A stretch of DNA of 64,000 nucleotides from an uncultured Tissierellia bacterium (GCA_947253765.1 CAMYAK010000003.1:32371-96370); one strand, 5' to 3'. Shown: positions 42,954-52,724, numbered from the stretch's first letter. Numbers and translations: made by a program. Notes: generated by a model from the sequence alone, not told the origin.

Positions 42954-44089
42954 AGAAAAGCTGCGGGATTGGGGCCGTAAAACTGGTAGTATGTCGTTTC
43001 CAATCCCCCATTAAACAGTTTCCTTCTCTTATCAGCCTTTTTCATCATGTATTTTTCCAAGTTCTTTGTCGGGCTTATGACATATGTCGACCAGGTCCTT
43101 AGCCTTGAAAAATGTTCGGCGAAATCCTTCAAAAGTCCCTCAGCCTCGTCGACTTCCCCCAACCTCTTCCCATATGGAGGGTTTGTTATTATGACCCCGA
43201 AATTCTCCTTCAAATTGCACTCCCTCATATCTTTCGGGACGAAAATTATGTCATCGGCAACACCGGCTTCATGAGCATTGGCAACCGCCGTTTTTATAAT
43301 CCCGGGATCTATATCGAAACCCATAATTTCAAGCTTGTCCTTAAAATCGATCCTCTCCATCCTTTGTCGGCGAATTTTTTTGAATTCTTTAAGATCAACT
43401 TGGGGCCAGGCCATAAAAGTGAAATTCCTATCCAAGCCCGGATCAATATTTCTGGCTTTTCTTGCCGCTTCTATAAGTATAGTTCCTGAGCCGCAAAAGG
43501 GGTCCAGCAGTGGCCTGTCCTTATTCCAAAAAGACAGGTCAACCAGGCCGGAAGCCAAGGTTTCTTTTATTGGAGCCCCACCCTTTTCTTCCCTATATCC
43601 CCTCTTGAAAAGTCCCTCGCCTGTCGTATCCAGAAGGACCTGACAATGGTCATTATTCAGCCTGAGCCTTATGGGATAAGTCGGTCCGGATTCTTGAAAA
43701 TAGGTGAGCTTAAACCGGTCTCTCAGCCTGTCGACTATAGCCTTCTTTGCGACGGACTGAAGGTCTCTGACTGACTTGAGTTTTGAGGAAACTGTTCCCG
43801 CATTTACAGGAAAGGCCCCCATCTCTCCAATTATATACGGCCAATCTATATTTCTGACACCCCGGTATATGTCCTCGTATTCACCGGCTTCAAATGAGGC
43901 CAATTCAAGCTCTACCCTGTCCGCTACCCGCAGGGCAAGGTTGGCAAGGGCAACGTCCTTCATATCCCCATTGAATACCAGGTGGCCCCTGTCCGTCTTT
44001 ATATCCTTGAAGCCCAGCGCTTCCAATTCCCGCCTGACACTTGATTCCAATCCGAATGCGGCACTCGCATGTATTTTTCCTGAAAACAT
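42950..44089 (-). CDS. THUMP-domain class I SAM-dependent RNA methyltransferase (RlmL/YpsC-like)
   Basis: THUMP N-terminus, FCGSGT SAM motif I and NPPYG catalytic motif. Confidence 0.75.
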   Translation of the reverse strand: MFSGKIHASAAFGLESSVRRELEALGFKDIKTDRGHLVFNGDMKDVALANLALRVADRVELELASFEAGEYEDIYRGVRNIDWPYIIGEMGAFPVNAGTVSSKLKSVRDLQSVAKKAIVDRLRDRFKLTYFQESGPTYPIRLRLNNDHCQVLLDTTGEGLFKRGYREEKGGAPIKETLASGLVDLSFWNKDRPLLDPFCGSGTILIEAARKARNIDPGLDRNFTFMAWPQVDLKEFKKIRRQRMERIDFKDKLEIMGFDIDPGIIKTAVANAHEAGVADDIIFVPKDMRECNLKENFGVIITNPPYGKRLGEVDEAEGLLKDFAEHFSRLRTWSTYVISPTKNLEKYMMKKADKRRKLFNGGLETTYYQFYGPNPAAFL

Positions 44090-44168
44090 TTATACTCCTT
44101 GGCTTTTATTAACAAGCACCTATAATATATAATTACACTAACATAAGCCATAGAAAAAGGGGATGTGA

Positions 44169-44597
44169 ATGATAGATTTTTTAAAAAAACTTTTGGATAA
44201 AAGCGAAGTGAGATTTATAATTGTAGGCCTTATAAATACTGCTGTGGGAACGGCCATCATGTTCCTTGCCTATAACGCCTTCCACCTCTCTTATTGGCTT
44301 TCCAGCTCCCTAAACTATATTTTAGCCAGCGTACTCAGCTATTTTCTTAATAAATATTTCACCTTCAAGTCCGAAGGCAAGTCCTGTATAGAGGTTTTGA
44401 AGTTTGCCCTCAATATCGCCATATGCTACTTGCTTGCCTATAGTGCCGCCCAGCCGCTTGTAAAGCAGATTTTGAGCGGATCTTCCCGGTCCATAATTGA
44501 CAATATCTCTATGTTGGTGGGCATGGTCCTGTTTGTCGTCTTGAATTATCTGGGCCAGAGATTTTTCGTTTTTAAAGGATCCGACAAGACTAATTAA
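44169..44597 (+). CDS. GtrA family membrane protein
   Basis: 142 aa with 4 TM helices. The N-terminal RFIIVGLINTAVG motif is typical of GtrA. Confidence 0.65.
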   Translation: MIDFLKKLLDKSEVRFIIVGLINTAVGTAIMFLAYNAFHLSYWLSSSLNYILASVLSYFLNKYFTFKSEGKSCIEVLKFALNIAICYLLAYSAAQPLVKQILSGSSRSIIDNISMLVGMVLFVVLNYLGQRFFVFKGSDKTN

Positions 44598-44619
44598 AAC
44601 ATCTTAAAATTCGCAAACT

Positions 44620-44660
44620 AAAAGGCCCGCCCGGCTTAGGCGAGCCTCTTATTTTATTAT
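44620..44660. terminator. bidirectional terminator between the convergent GtrA gene and etfA
   Basis: GC-rich imperfect hairpin ggcccgcc…ggcgagcc followed by a T-rich run. Confidence 0.4.
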
Positions 44661-44687
44661 TGAGAGTCTGTCAAACAAGTAGCTTTA

Positions 44688-45707
44688 TCAGCTTGCGCTC
44701 TTGTCAGCCTTGATCTTATTGATTTCCTCAGTAAGCTTGGGAACAACCTTTAAAAGATCTCCCACAATACCCACATCGGCTACGTTGAAGATAGGAGCAT
44801 TGGGATCCTTGTTGATGGCAATGATATAGTCGGACTCTTCCATACCTGCCAGGTGCTGGATGGCTCCTGAAATACCGCAAGCTATATATAATCCCGGTCT
44901 TACGGTTTTTCCGGTCTGACCGACCTGGACATCCTTGGGCTGCCAGCCTGAGTCTACTGCAGCACGTGAAGCTGATACTTCTCCGCCCATGGCGTCTGCA
45001 AGTTCCTTCAAAATCTTGAAGTTCTCTTCGTTTGCTACCCCACGACCACCTGAAACCAAGACTTTGGCCTGCTGAATATCGACCTTGTTCTTCATTTCAT
45101 GAACAACATCCTCGATTTTTACATAGCAGTTGTTCTTCTCAAGCTTATAATCAAGCTCAATGATCTGGCCCTTTCGGCCCTCTTCGCGGATCTTTCTTAC
45201 CATAACTCCCGGACGAACAGTTGCCATCTGAGGTCTGAACTCGTCACAAAGGATGGTTGCCATCAGGTTGCCGCCGAATGCCGGACGGGTCATGCGGAAG
45301 TCTTTTGTTTCCGGATCTATTTCCAGCTTTGTTGTGTCGGCTGTGAGTCCTGTGTGGACACGACCTGCCAATCTCGGTCCCAAATCACGGCCTATTGCTG
45401 TTGCACCGATCATCATGATTTCCGGTTTATATTCTTCTACAATATAGGCCAAAGCCTGTGTATATGGCTCGGTCATATAGTATTTTAAGGCCGGATCGTC
45501 CAATAAGATGACCCTGTCCGCACCAAACTCAATAAGTTCCTGAGCAAGGCCCTTAATATTCTCGCCCAAAAGTACAGCTGTTACTTCTTCATTCAATTCT
45601 TCCGCCAAGTCACAGGCCTTTCCTATCAGTTCCAAGGAAACCGGAGTGAGCTTCCCCTCAACCTGCTCGGCAAAAGTAAATACTCCTTTATAATCTTTTA
45701 AATCCAT
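44688..45707 (-). CDS. etfA: electron transfer flavoprotein alpha subunit
   Basis: EtfA sequence with a C-terminal FAD-binding region; last gene of the bcd cluster. Confidence 0.85.
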   Translation of the reverse strand: MDLKDYKGVFTFAEQVEGKLTPVSLELIGKACDLAEELNEEVTAVLLGENIKGLAQELIEFGADRVILLDDPALKYYMTEPYTQALAYIVEEYKPEIMMIGATAIGRDLGPRLAGRVHTGLTADTTKLEIDPETKDFRMTRPAFGGNLMATILCDEFRPQMATVRPGVMVRKIREEGRKGQIIELDYKLEKNNCYVKIEDVVHEMKNKVDIQQAKVLVSGGRGVANEENFKILKELADAMGGEVSASRAAVDSGWQPKDVQVGQTGKTVRPGLYIACGISGAIQHLAGMEESDYIIAINKDPNAPIFNVADVGIVGDLLKVVPKLTEEINKIKADKSAS

Positions 45708-45718
45708 AGGTCTCCCCC

Positions 45719-46537
45719 TTATATCAGGTACTTATCTTGCAGGCGGTCTAAAATAAACTGGACTGATTCATCTGTGTCTTTTTCAATCTTCATCCCCGGC
45801 TCTTTAACCGATTTGGGGAATGACTTGGCTACTCTTGTAGGTGAGCCCTTAAGACCGATGTTTGAATCATCCACAGGAACGTCTGCTCTCTGGAGCCATT
45901 TTATTTCGCGTTCATCAAAGGCTTCGAAAATTCCGCCCGGTGTCATATAACGCGGTTTGACCTCTTCAGCAAGGGCCGTGATCAGGCATGGCATCTTAGC
46001 TCTTACAATATGGTAACCGTCGTCATAAATACGTTTTGCAACTATTTCATCGCCTTCAACTTTTAATTCAGCTGTGTATGAGATGTTAGCGATTCCCATG
46101 TGCTCAGCCATTTCAGGTCCGACCTGAGCTGTGTCGCCGTCGATAGCCTGACGACCGCATATTACCAGGTCATAATCCAAGGTCTGCACTGCAGCTGCAA
46201 TTGTAGAAGAAGTTGCCCAAGTATCAGCACCGCCGAAGGCCCTGTCAGTTATAAGATAGGCATCATCGGCACCCATGGCCATGGCTTCATGAAGAACGTC
46301 CTCAGCCTGTGGGGGGCCCATTGATACTACTGTGACCTTTGCATCTTTGTTTTCATCTTTTATTCTAAGAGCAAACTCTAGAGCTGCCTTATCGTCCGGA
46401 TTCATGATTGAAGGAACACCTTCACGGATCAAGGTTCCCTTAACAGGATCAATTCTTACCTCATTTGTGTCCGGTACCTGTTTTATACAAACAATAATTT
46501 TCATCCCTGCCCCCTTACTTAATGACGCTTCCGGCAA
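45719..46537 (-). CDS. etfB: electron transfer flavoprotein beta subunit
   Basis: EtfB sequence; it overlaps the bcd stop. Confidence 0.85.
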   Translation of the reverse strand: MPEASLSKGAGMKIIVCIKQVPDTNEVRIDPVKGTLIREGVPSIMNPDDKAALEFALRIKDENKDAKVTVVSMGPPQAEDVLHEAMAMGADDAYLITDRAFGGADTWATSSTIAAAVQTLDYDLVICGRQAIDGDTAQVGPEMAEHMGIANISYTAELKVEGDEIVAKRIYDDGYHIVRAKMPCLITALAEEVKPRYMTPGGIFEAFDEREIKWLQRADVPVDDSNIGLKGSPTRVAKSFPKSVKEPGMKIEKDTDESVQFILDRLQDKYLI

Positions 46538-47654
46538 TTACCATTTCCATAACCTCTGAGGTGCCCTCATAGATTTCGGTTATCTTGGCATCACGGAAGA
46601 AACGCTCAACTTCATAGTCGGTCATATATCCATAGCCGCCCATGAGCTGTATGCATTCAGTTGTAACGGACATGGCTGTTCTTGCTGCGAAAAGCTTGGC
46701 CATAGCAGCCTCAGTTGAGAACCTCTTCTGAGTGTCGTGAGCTATAGCGGCCTTGTATACTAAGTTACGGGCGGCTTCAATTTGTGTTGCCATATCTGCT
46801 ACCTTGAACTGGGTGTTCTGGAATTTTGACAGAGGACGTCCGAACTGTTTACGTTCCTGGATATACTCTACGCAACGGCTCAGTGCGCCTTCGGCAATTC
46901 CTAAGGCCTGGGCTGAAATTCCTATACGGCCGCTGTCCAATGTCTGCATGGCAGCCTGGAATCCCTTATTTTCGCGTCCCAGCATGTTCTCTTTCGGTAC
47001 TCTGCAGTCTGTGAAGATAAGCTCACGTGTTGATGATGCGTGTATTCCCAATTTCTTCTCTGCGGGTCCGAATTCAAATCCCGGTGTTCCCTTTTCAACA
47101 ATAAATGCTGTCAAGCCTCTTTGTCCCAAGCTTATATCTGTCATTGCGATAACGCAGTAGATGTCGGCAGGTCCTGCATTGGTGATAAAGATTTTGCTGC
47201 CGTTGATTACATATTCGTCTCCGTCAAGCATAGCTGTGGTCTTTACTCCACCTGCATCTGTTCCTGCTCCGGGTTCAGTCAAGGCAAAGGCGCCAAGCTT
47301 CTCTCCGCTTGCCAAGGGGCGTAAATATTTTTCTTTTTGTTCCGGTGTTCCGAATTGGTTAATCATACCTGCGCCAAGTGACGTGTGGGCTGAAACTACA
47401 ACTGAGGTTGATCCGCAGTGTTTTGCCAACTCCTCAACGCAAAGTGCATATGTAAGATAGTCACACCCTTGTCCGCCATATTCTTTTGCAAATGGGATTC
47501 CCATGAAGCCGTACTTTTGCATTTTTTTTACGGTTTCTACCGGGAATTCATGGCTTTCGTCAATTTCCTGTGCGATGGGCTTTACTTCATTTTCAGCAAA
47601 ATCCTGAAAAAGCTGTCGAGCCATCCCATGTTTCTTATCTAAAACAAAATCCAT
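46515..47654 (-). CDS. bcd: butyryl-CoA dehydrogenase (short-chain acyl-CoA dehydrogenase)
   Basis: 379 aa ACAD sequence lying between hbd and etfB. Confidence 0.85.
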   Translation of the reverse strand: MDFVLDKKHGMARQLFQDFAENEVKPIAQEIDESHEFPVETVKKMQKYGFMGIPFAKEYGGQGCDYLTYALCVEELAKHCGSTSVVVSAHTSLGAGMINQFGTPEQKEKYLRPLASGEKLGAFALTEPGAGTDAGGVKTTAMLDGDEYVINGSKIFITNAGPADIYCVIAMTDISLGQRGLTAFIVEKGTPGFEFGPAEKKLGIHASSTRELIFTDCRVPKENMLGRENKGFQAAMQTLDSGRIGISAQALGIAEGALSRCVEYIQERKQFGRPLSKFQNTQFKVADMATQIEAARNLVYKAAIAHDTQKRFSTEAAMAKLFAARTAMSVTTECIQLMGGYGYMTDYEVERFFRDAKITEIYEGTSEVMEMVIAGSVIK

Positions 47655-47764
47655 AAGCTACTCCTATTTTTAATCATCCTGATCATAAAGATACTTGATT
47701 TACTGCTGTGAGATCATATTTGAAACGGGGGCCCGGTTAAAGGCCCCCATGACCTCAAAATATT

Positions 47765-48601
47765 TTATTTGCTGTAGTCGTAGAAGCCGAGTCCGGTCTT
47801 TCTTCCCAATCTTCCGCCACGAACCATTTTTTTCAGGAGAGGGGCCGGACGATACTTGGGATCGCCGAATTCGCTATAAAGAACTTCCATGATAGCCAAA
47901 ACAACATCCAAGCCGATCAGGTCTCCAAGCTCCAAGGGTCCCATTGGGTGGTTGCAGCCGAGCTTCATAGCTGTATCAATGTCCTCGGCATTTGCCAGGC
48001 CGTCTGCAAAGATGCAAATTCCTTCGTTGATATAAGGAATCAAGATTCTGTTAACAACAAATCCCGGTCCCTCTTTAACCAAAACCGGAGTCTTGCCGAT
48101 TTCTTCTGAGAGCTTCATTATGGTGTCTATAGTCTCCTGTGGAGTATTGAGTCCCGGAATTACTTCAACAAGCTTCATAACCGGAGCCGGGTTGAAGAAG
48201 TGCATTCCGATAAGGGGTCTGCTAAGTCCCTGACCGATCTCGGTTACTGACAGAGATGATGTGTTGCTTGCAAAGATGGTTTCTTTTTTGCAAGTTTCAT
48301 CAAGCTTCTTGAATGTTTCTTTTTTGATTGCCATATTTTCTATGGCGGCCTCAATGATCAGGTCGCAATCTGTCAAGCTGTCATTAAGGCATGGAGTGAT
48401 GCGGTTGAGTATGGCATCGGCATCAGCCTGGTCCATCTTTCCCTTTGCAACTCTCTTATCAAAGCCCTTTTTAATCTTGTTCTTTCCACCCTCAGAAAAT
48501 TCCATTTTAATATCTGAGAGCATTACCTCGTGTCCTTTTTGTGCAAAAGCCTGGCAAATTCCGCTTCCCATTGTGCCGGCACCGACTACACCTATTTTCA
48601 T
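47765..48601 (-). CDS. hbd: 3-hydroxybutyryl-CoA dehydrogenase
   Basis: N-terminal [12 protein letters not shown]-binding motif; 278 aa. Confidence 0.85.
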   Translation of the reverse strand: MKIGVVGAGTMGSGICQAFAQKGHEVMLSDIKMEFSEGGKNKIKKGFDKRVAKGKMDQADADAILNRITPCLNDSLTDCDLIIEAAIENMAIKKETFKKLDETCKKETIFASNTSSLSVTEIGQGLSRPLIGMHFFNPAPVMKLVEVIPGLNTPQETIDTIMKLSEEIGKTPVLVKEGPGFVVNRILIPYINEGICIFADGLANAEDIDTAMKLGCNHPMGPLELGDLIGLDVVLAIMEVLYSEFGDPKYRPAPLLKKMVRGGRLGRKTGLGFYDYSK

Positions 48602-48684
48602 GGATACTCCTTTCTCAAATCAGGGCCTATGTTCATCCATAGGCCCTTGATAAAAGCAATTTAGATATGCTACTTCTATTAAGA

Positions 48685-49464
48685 CTAGCGATTCTTAAAG
48701 TTTTTGTCTTTTCTCTTCTCAAGAAAAGCTGTCATTCCTTCTTTTTGGTCCTCAGTTTCAAAACATGCTGAGAAATATCTCGCCTCAATCTCCGCACCTT
48801 CCGCCATAGGCTTGTCAAAGCCCTCATTGACAGCAGCTTTTGTATATGCAACTGCGATTGGAGCATTGGCAGCTATTCTCTTAGCCGTCTTCATGGCCAC
48901 ATCCATCAGCTCTTCCCGGGGCACAACCTTGCTTACCAGGCCGATTGCAAGAGCTTCATCCGCCTTGATGTTTGTAGCTGCTAATAGGATTTCCTTAGCC
49001 TTGGACTGGGAGCCTATAACCTTTGCCAAACGCTGACTTCCGCCAAATCCCGGGGTGATACCCAAGCTGACTTCAGGTTGTCCGAAAACTGCATTTTCTG
49101 AACAATAACGTATGTCACAGGACATGGCAAGCTCGTTGCCGCCACCGAGTGCAAATCCGTTAATTGCCGCAATAACAGGTCTCGGGAAGGTTTCTATTTT
49201 GCGGAAAACCCTGTTTCCCAATTCACAGAAATACCTGCCCCCTCTTCCGTTAAGGTCTTTCATTTCTGCAATATCCGCACCGGCTATAAATGACTTATCG
49301 CCGCTTCCGGTTATGATAACAGCTCTGACCTCATCTAAATCAATAGAATCAAAGCACTCTTCTATTTCACCTAAAACCGTTGAATTCAGGGCATTCAATG
49401 CCTTGGGTCTATCAATGGTGACAATAGCTATGGAGTCTTCGACTTTATATTTTATATTTTCCAT
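48685..49464 (-). CDS. crt: short-chain enoyl-CoA hydratase (crotonase)
   Basis: 259 aa crotonase-fold sequence. Confidence 0.85.
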   Translation of the reverse strand: MENIKYKVEDSIAIVTIDRPKALNALNSTVLGEIEECFDSIDLDEVRAVIITGSGDKSFIAGADIAEMKDLNGRGGRYFCELGNRVFRKIETFPRPVIAAINGFALGGGNELAMSCDIRYCSENAVFGQPEVSLGITPGFGGSQRLAKVIGSQSKAKEILLAATNIKADEALAIGLVSKVVPREELMDVAMKTAKRIAANAPIAVAYTKAAVNEGFDKPMAEGAEIEARYFSACFETEDQKEGMTAFLEKRKDKNFKNR

Positions 49465-49487
49465 AAATCACCTAACTTTAATTTCAC

Positions 49488-50678
49488 TTAGGCCTTCTCG
49501 ACCAGCGTAGCGCAGCCCATTCCGCCGCCTATGCAGAGTGTTGCCAAGCCTTTCTTGGCATCTTCACGCTTAAGCATTTCATGGATCAGGGTAACAAGGA
49601 TTCTGCAGCCTGATGCTCCGACCGGATGGCCCAGTGCAATTGCGCCACCGTTTACGTTTACCTTGTTAACATCAAGTCCCAAGTCCTTAACTACTGCTAC
49701 CGACTGTGTTGCAAAGGCTTCGTTTGCTTCGATAAGATCCAGGTCCTCAACCTTGAAGTCCAGCATTCCCATGAGTTTTCTGGTTGCTGCAACCGGGCCG
49801 ATTCCCATGATCTCAGGTCTTACACCTGCCAAGGTGCCGCCCTGCCATACTACCTGACCTTTAACGCCAAGTTCTTTAGCCTTCTTTTCACTGATAAGGA
49901 CTACGCAAGCAGCGCCGTCGTTAATTCCTGAAGAGTTTGCCGCTGTTACGATTCCGTCTTTGATAAATGCCGGCCTTAATTTTGCCAAAGCTTCTGCTGT
50001 CTGTCCGTAACGGACACCTTCGTCCTGGTCAAATACTTCAACCTGGCCTTTTTTCTTCGGAACTTCCACAGGAACAATCTCGTCCTTGAAACGCCCGCTC
50101 TTCTGAGCCTCTTCAGCTCTGTTCTGGCTCTGAGCAGCGAATTCATCCAATTCTTCACGAGTAAGATTATATTCTTTTGCAACGTTTTCAGCTGTAACAC
50201 CCATGTGATAGTCGCCAAATACATCCCAAAGAGCATCATTGACCATGCAGTCAACTAATTCTCCATTGTTCATGCGGTATCCGTAACGGGCCTTTTTCAA
50301 AGCATAGGGAGCCAATGACATGTTTTCGGTTCCGCCGGCAACAACTACGTCAGCTTCCCCGCGTTCAATCAAGCGAGCTCCGGTATTTACGGCCTCAAGT
50401 CCTGATCCGCAAACTACATTCAATGTAAGGGCCGGTGTTGTGTAAGGAATGCCCGCATTCATAGATGCCTGACGAGCAACGTTCTGTCCCTGACCTGCCT
50501 GGATTACGCAGCCCATGTAGACCATATCAACTTCTTCTGCCGGTACTCCGCTCCTCTTAAGAGCTTCACGAATAACGATTTCACCCAGTTTTGCAGCCGG
50601 TACTGTGCTTAAAGCGCCGCCCATTTTTCCAACAGCTGTCCTGGTTGCTCCGGCTATAAGTACCTTGTTTTCTACCAT
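49488..50678 (-). CDS. thl: acetyl-CoA acetyltransferase (thiolase)
   Basis: 396 aa thiolase with conserved Cys active sites; first gene of the cluster. Confidence 0.85.
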   Translation of the reverse strand: MVENKVLIAGATRTAVGKMGGALSTVPAAKLGEIVIREALKRSGVPAEEVDMVYMGCVIQAGQGQNVARQASMNAGIPYTTPALTLNVVCGSGLEAVNTGARLIERGEADVVVAGGTENMSLAPYALKKARYGYRMNNGELVDCMVNDALWDVFGDYHMGVTAENVAKEYNLTREELDEFAAQSQNRAEEAQKSGRFKDEIVPVEVPKKKGQVEVFDQDEGVRYGQTAEALAKLRPAFIKDGIVTAANSSGINDGAACVVLISEKKAKELGVKGQVVWQGGTLAGVRPEIMGIGPVAATRKLMGMLDFKVEDLDLIEANEAFATQSVAVVKDLGLDVNKVNVNGGAIALGHPVGASGCRILVTLIHEMLKREDAKKGLATLCIGGGMGCATLVEKA

Positions 50679-50823
50679 TTGATCCTCCTGTTTCGATACA
50701 TTACTATCCGCCCGTTAAACCGCTTCAAGAAATACGATGAAGCGAATAACTTCAAATTGCACTGGTTAATCAGTGTTTTTTCCGTCCCGATTGATTGTTA
50801 AATAATTAGCAATTACATATCTA

Positions 50824-50851
50824 ATTATACCTTTTATGCTTTTTCTGTCAA
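50824..50851 (-). promoter_or_regulatory. near-consensus sigma-A promoter of the butyryl-CoA operon
   Basis: On the minus strand: TTGACA, a 16-nt spacer, then TATAAT. It lies about 140 nt upstream of the AGGAGGA RBS of thl. Confidence 0.55.
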
Positions 50852-50971
50852 TACGTTTGCCCACGAAAAAAAGCTCTAATGGGCTAATTTCTCATGTTTT
50901 GCATGGTCGGGCTATGTTGACTAAATATCGATCTGTTGTTGAGGTTTTTGATATAGTTTATTACAAGCAAT

Positions 50972-51008
50972 AAAAAAGAGAGGGATTACTCCCCCTCTTT
51001 TATTTTAT
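50972..51008. terminator. rho-independent (bidirectional) terminator of cassette copy A
   Basis: Stem agagaggg / ccctctct with T-runs on both sides; it overlaps the stop codon of the 64-aa gene. Confidence 0.6.
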
Positions 51009-51180
51009 CCTCTTTTTCTGCTATTAGTTCTTTTAGCTCTTTTAGATCCTCACTAGTAGCCCAATTGCGAATGAATGTTTTCGCCGTGCTTTTATAGTTT
51101 GTATATCTGGTTTTTTCAGGATTGTTTTTTCTCCACTTGTTTGTTGCCTGTTTTTGTGCCTTACTTGTTTTATTTTCCAT
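50986..51180 (-). CDS. 64-aa highly charged predicted-helical protein, cassette copy A
   Basis: MENKTSKAQKQATNKWRKNNPEKTRYTNYKSTAKTFIRNWATSEDLKELKELIAEKEDKIKEGE. It is the paralog of 51397..51591. Its ATG lies 4 nt after the stop of the upstream peptide ORF, with no RBS of its own. Confidence 0.5.
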   Translation of the reverse strand: MENKTSKAQKQATNKWRKNNPEKTRYTNYKSTAKTFIRNWATSEDLKELKELIAEKEDKIKEGE

Positions 51181-51184
51181 TTTG

Positions 51185-51289
51185 TTACCTCAAAAGCAGA
51201 AAAAGTAATAATATGGCTATGGCCCATCCAATACCGGCAATAATCTTTTCTTTTTTTGTTGTTTTTTCAACGCTCCATTTAAACTTCAT
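51185..51289 (-). CDS. 34-aa tail-anchored hydrophobic peptide, cassette copy A
   Basis: Manual translation gives MKFKWSVEKTTKKEKIIAGIGWAIAILLLFLLLR, preceded by GGAGGG. It is below the ORF-track cutoff. Its paralog is at 51595..51699. Confidence 0.4.
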   Translation of the reverse strand: MKFKWSVEKTTKKEKIIAGIGWAIAILLLFLLLR

Positions 51290-51382
51290 AATCCCTCCAT
51301 AAATGGAGAATCGGGGATTACAATATGTGGCTTAACCATGTACTTTATGCATTCGTTGATAACATTTTGATAACATTTGCTT

Positions 51383-51420
51383 AAAAGAGAGGGATATTAC
51401 TCCCCCTCTTTTATTTTTTT
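51383..51420. terminator. rho-independent (bidirectional) terminator of cassette copy B
   Basis: Nearly identical hairpin aagagaggga…tccccctctt followed by a T-run; it overlaps the stop of the 64-aa gene. Confidence 0.6.
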
Positions 51421-51591
51421 ACGTCTCTCATTTATAAGTGTTTCAAGCTCCGATAAATCCTCTTCAGTAGCCCTATTTCTAATAAAAGACCTAGCAGAAG
51501 ATTTTGTCGAATTATAACGTCTTCTCTCCGGATTTTTTTCATTCCACCTTTTACTGGCTTCTATTTGTGCTGCACTCGTCTTGTTTTCCAC
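51397..51591 (-). CDS. 64-aa highly charged predicted-helical protein, cassette copy B (GTG start)
   Basis: (M/V)ENKTSAAQIEASKRWNEKNPERRRYNSTKSSARSFIRNRATEEDLSELETLINERRKKIKEGE. Its GTG lies 3 nt after the stop of the peptide ORF. Confidence 0.5.
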   Translation of the reverse strand: MENKTSAAQIEASKRWNEKNPERRRYNSTKSSARSFIRNRATEEDLSELETLINERRKKIKEGE

Positions 51592-51594
51592 GGC

Positions 51595-51699
51595 TTACCT
51601 CGCAATCAGAAAAAGTATCAATATAGCTATAGCCCATCCTATAACCCCAATAACCTTTTCTTTTTTTGTTGTCTTTTCAATATTCCATTTTATTTTCAT
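51595..51699 (-). CDS. 34-aa tail-anchored hydrophobic peptide, cassette copy B
   Basis: Manual translation gives MKIKWNIEKTTKKEKVIGVIGWAIAILILFLIAR. Confidence 0.4.
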   Translation of the reverse strand: MKIKWNIEKTTKKEKVIGVIGWAIAILILFLIAR

Positions 51700-51857
51700 G
51701 TCTTATCTGATAGAATGGTTTGAGAAAGGGGTTAAACCCCTCTCTCAAATTTGATGCTGAGCTTGAAGATTATAAGATTAATTTCAACGGTTACTTCTTT
51801 TAACTTCAAGCTCTTTTTTATTATCACCATCTATCTTAACCTCCTTTCTATAATAAT

Positions 51858-51886
51858 ATTATAAACCACGGTTTATATATTGTCAA
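51858..51886 (-). promoter_or_regulatory. perfect-consensus sigma-A promoter driving cassette copy B, with a leader of about 150 nt
   Basis: On the minus strand: TTGACA, a 17-nt spacer, then TATAAT. The leader contains a strong hairpin at 51722-51746. Confidence 0.55.
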
Positions 51887-51958
51887 GCCTTTTTTAACAA
51901 AAATACCAAAAACTCCCCCTATCACTTCCCTATTTTTGGGATTGTAAGCACCAAAAAA

Positions 51959-51981
51959 GGCCGCCCCATATAGAGACGGCC
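51959..51981 (-). terminator. terminator after the holin gene
   Basis: ggccg…cggcc hairpin followed by a U-run on the minus strand. Confidence 0.4.
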
Positions 51982-51988
51982 CGTGTCA

Positions 51989-52228
51989 TTAATTAAAGTG
52001 ATCCTCTTCCTCAATTGGTACTGTAATGTGTTCTTTCTGATGAGCAATTGATGATGACATAAAGATTGCCCCCAAGAATGTAGCCAAGGCCACCAATACA
52101 AAGGAAACATCATCCGCCCATACTAGGCCGAAATGCGGCCCTATTGCATCAAAAAAGGTCGCTGTTGCCGGGAGTACTAATGTTATAACCCACTTCAAAA
52201 TGTCATAAATCTTATCAGGTAATTTCAT
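51989..52228 (-). CDS. phage holin
   Basis: 79 aa with two TM helices and a charged C-terminus, immediately downstream of the lysis genes. Confidence 0.6.
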   Translation of the reverse strand: MKLPDKIYDILKWVITLVLPATATFFDAIGPHFGLVWADDVSFVLVALATFLGAIFMSSSIAHQKEHITVPIEEEDHFN

Positions 52229-52229
52229 C

Positions 52230-52694
52230 TTATTGTCCTTTCTTACTGTTATCAGTCTTCCAAATGTAAGTCTCGATCTCTTTTATGTTGTCCGTCGTCG
52301 TGTGATTGATCCCCTTTTGCTCAAGAGACCTCAACACCGCAAGTAAAGCCTTTAAGATCATACGCATTTCTAGATCCTGCTTCTTGATGTGTTCTCGGTC
52401 TTCTACTATGAGTTTTGAGTGCTCTTCAAGTGTTCTTTCGTGACACTTCAAGATCTCAAAGTCTTTGGCCAATTTTTCATCCTGCTTTTCTGTCCTCTCA
52501 AGAAATTCAGGGATCCCAAGGATGTCTGCCTTATGCTTTGCTATCTCTTCAAGATCTCTTGCCTTGATGTACTCTTCACCTATCGTGTTCCTTGCTTCTT
52601 TTAATTCTCGATTTAGCTTGTTAAAACCTGCTAGTATTGCAATCGCTAGTGACACGAAACCGCCCACGATTGCCATAATTTGTCCGCTCGGCAT
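52230..52694 (-). CDS. phage membrane-anchored coiled-coil protein in the lysis cassette (function unknown)
   Basis: 154 aa: an N-terminal TM helix, then a long charged coiled-coil. It lies between the endolysin and the holin. Confidence 0.4.
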   Translation of the reverse strand: MPSGQIMAIVGGFVSLAIAILAGFNKLNRELKEARNTIGEEYIKARDLEEIAKHKADILGIPEFLERTEKQDEKLAKDFEILKCHERTLEEHSKLIVEDREHIKKQDLEMRMILKALLAVLRSLEQKGINHTTTDNIKEIETYIWKTDNSKKGQ

Positions 52695-52724
52695 GCTGCC
52701 CCCTGTCTATCCCTTATGAGGCCT

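Noticed and set aside
51075-51302. 75-aa plus-strand ORF antisense to cassette copy A
   Set aside because: It is a Phe/Cys/Leu-rich shadow of the minus-strand small genes, with no RBS.
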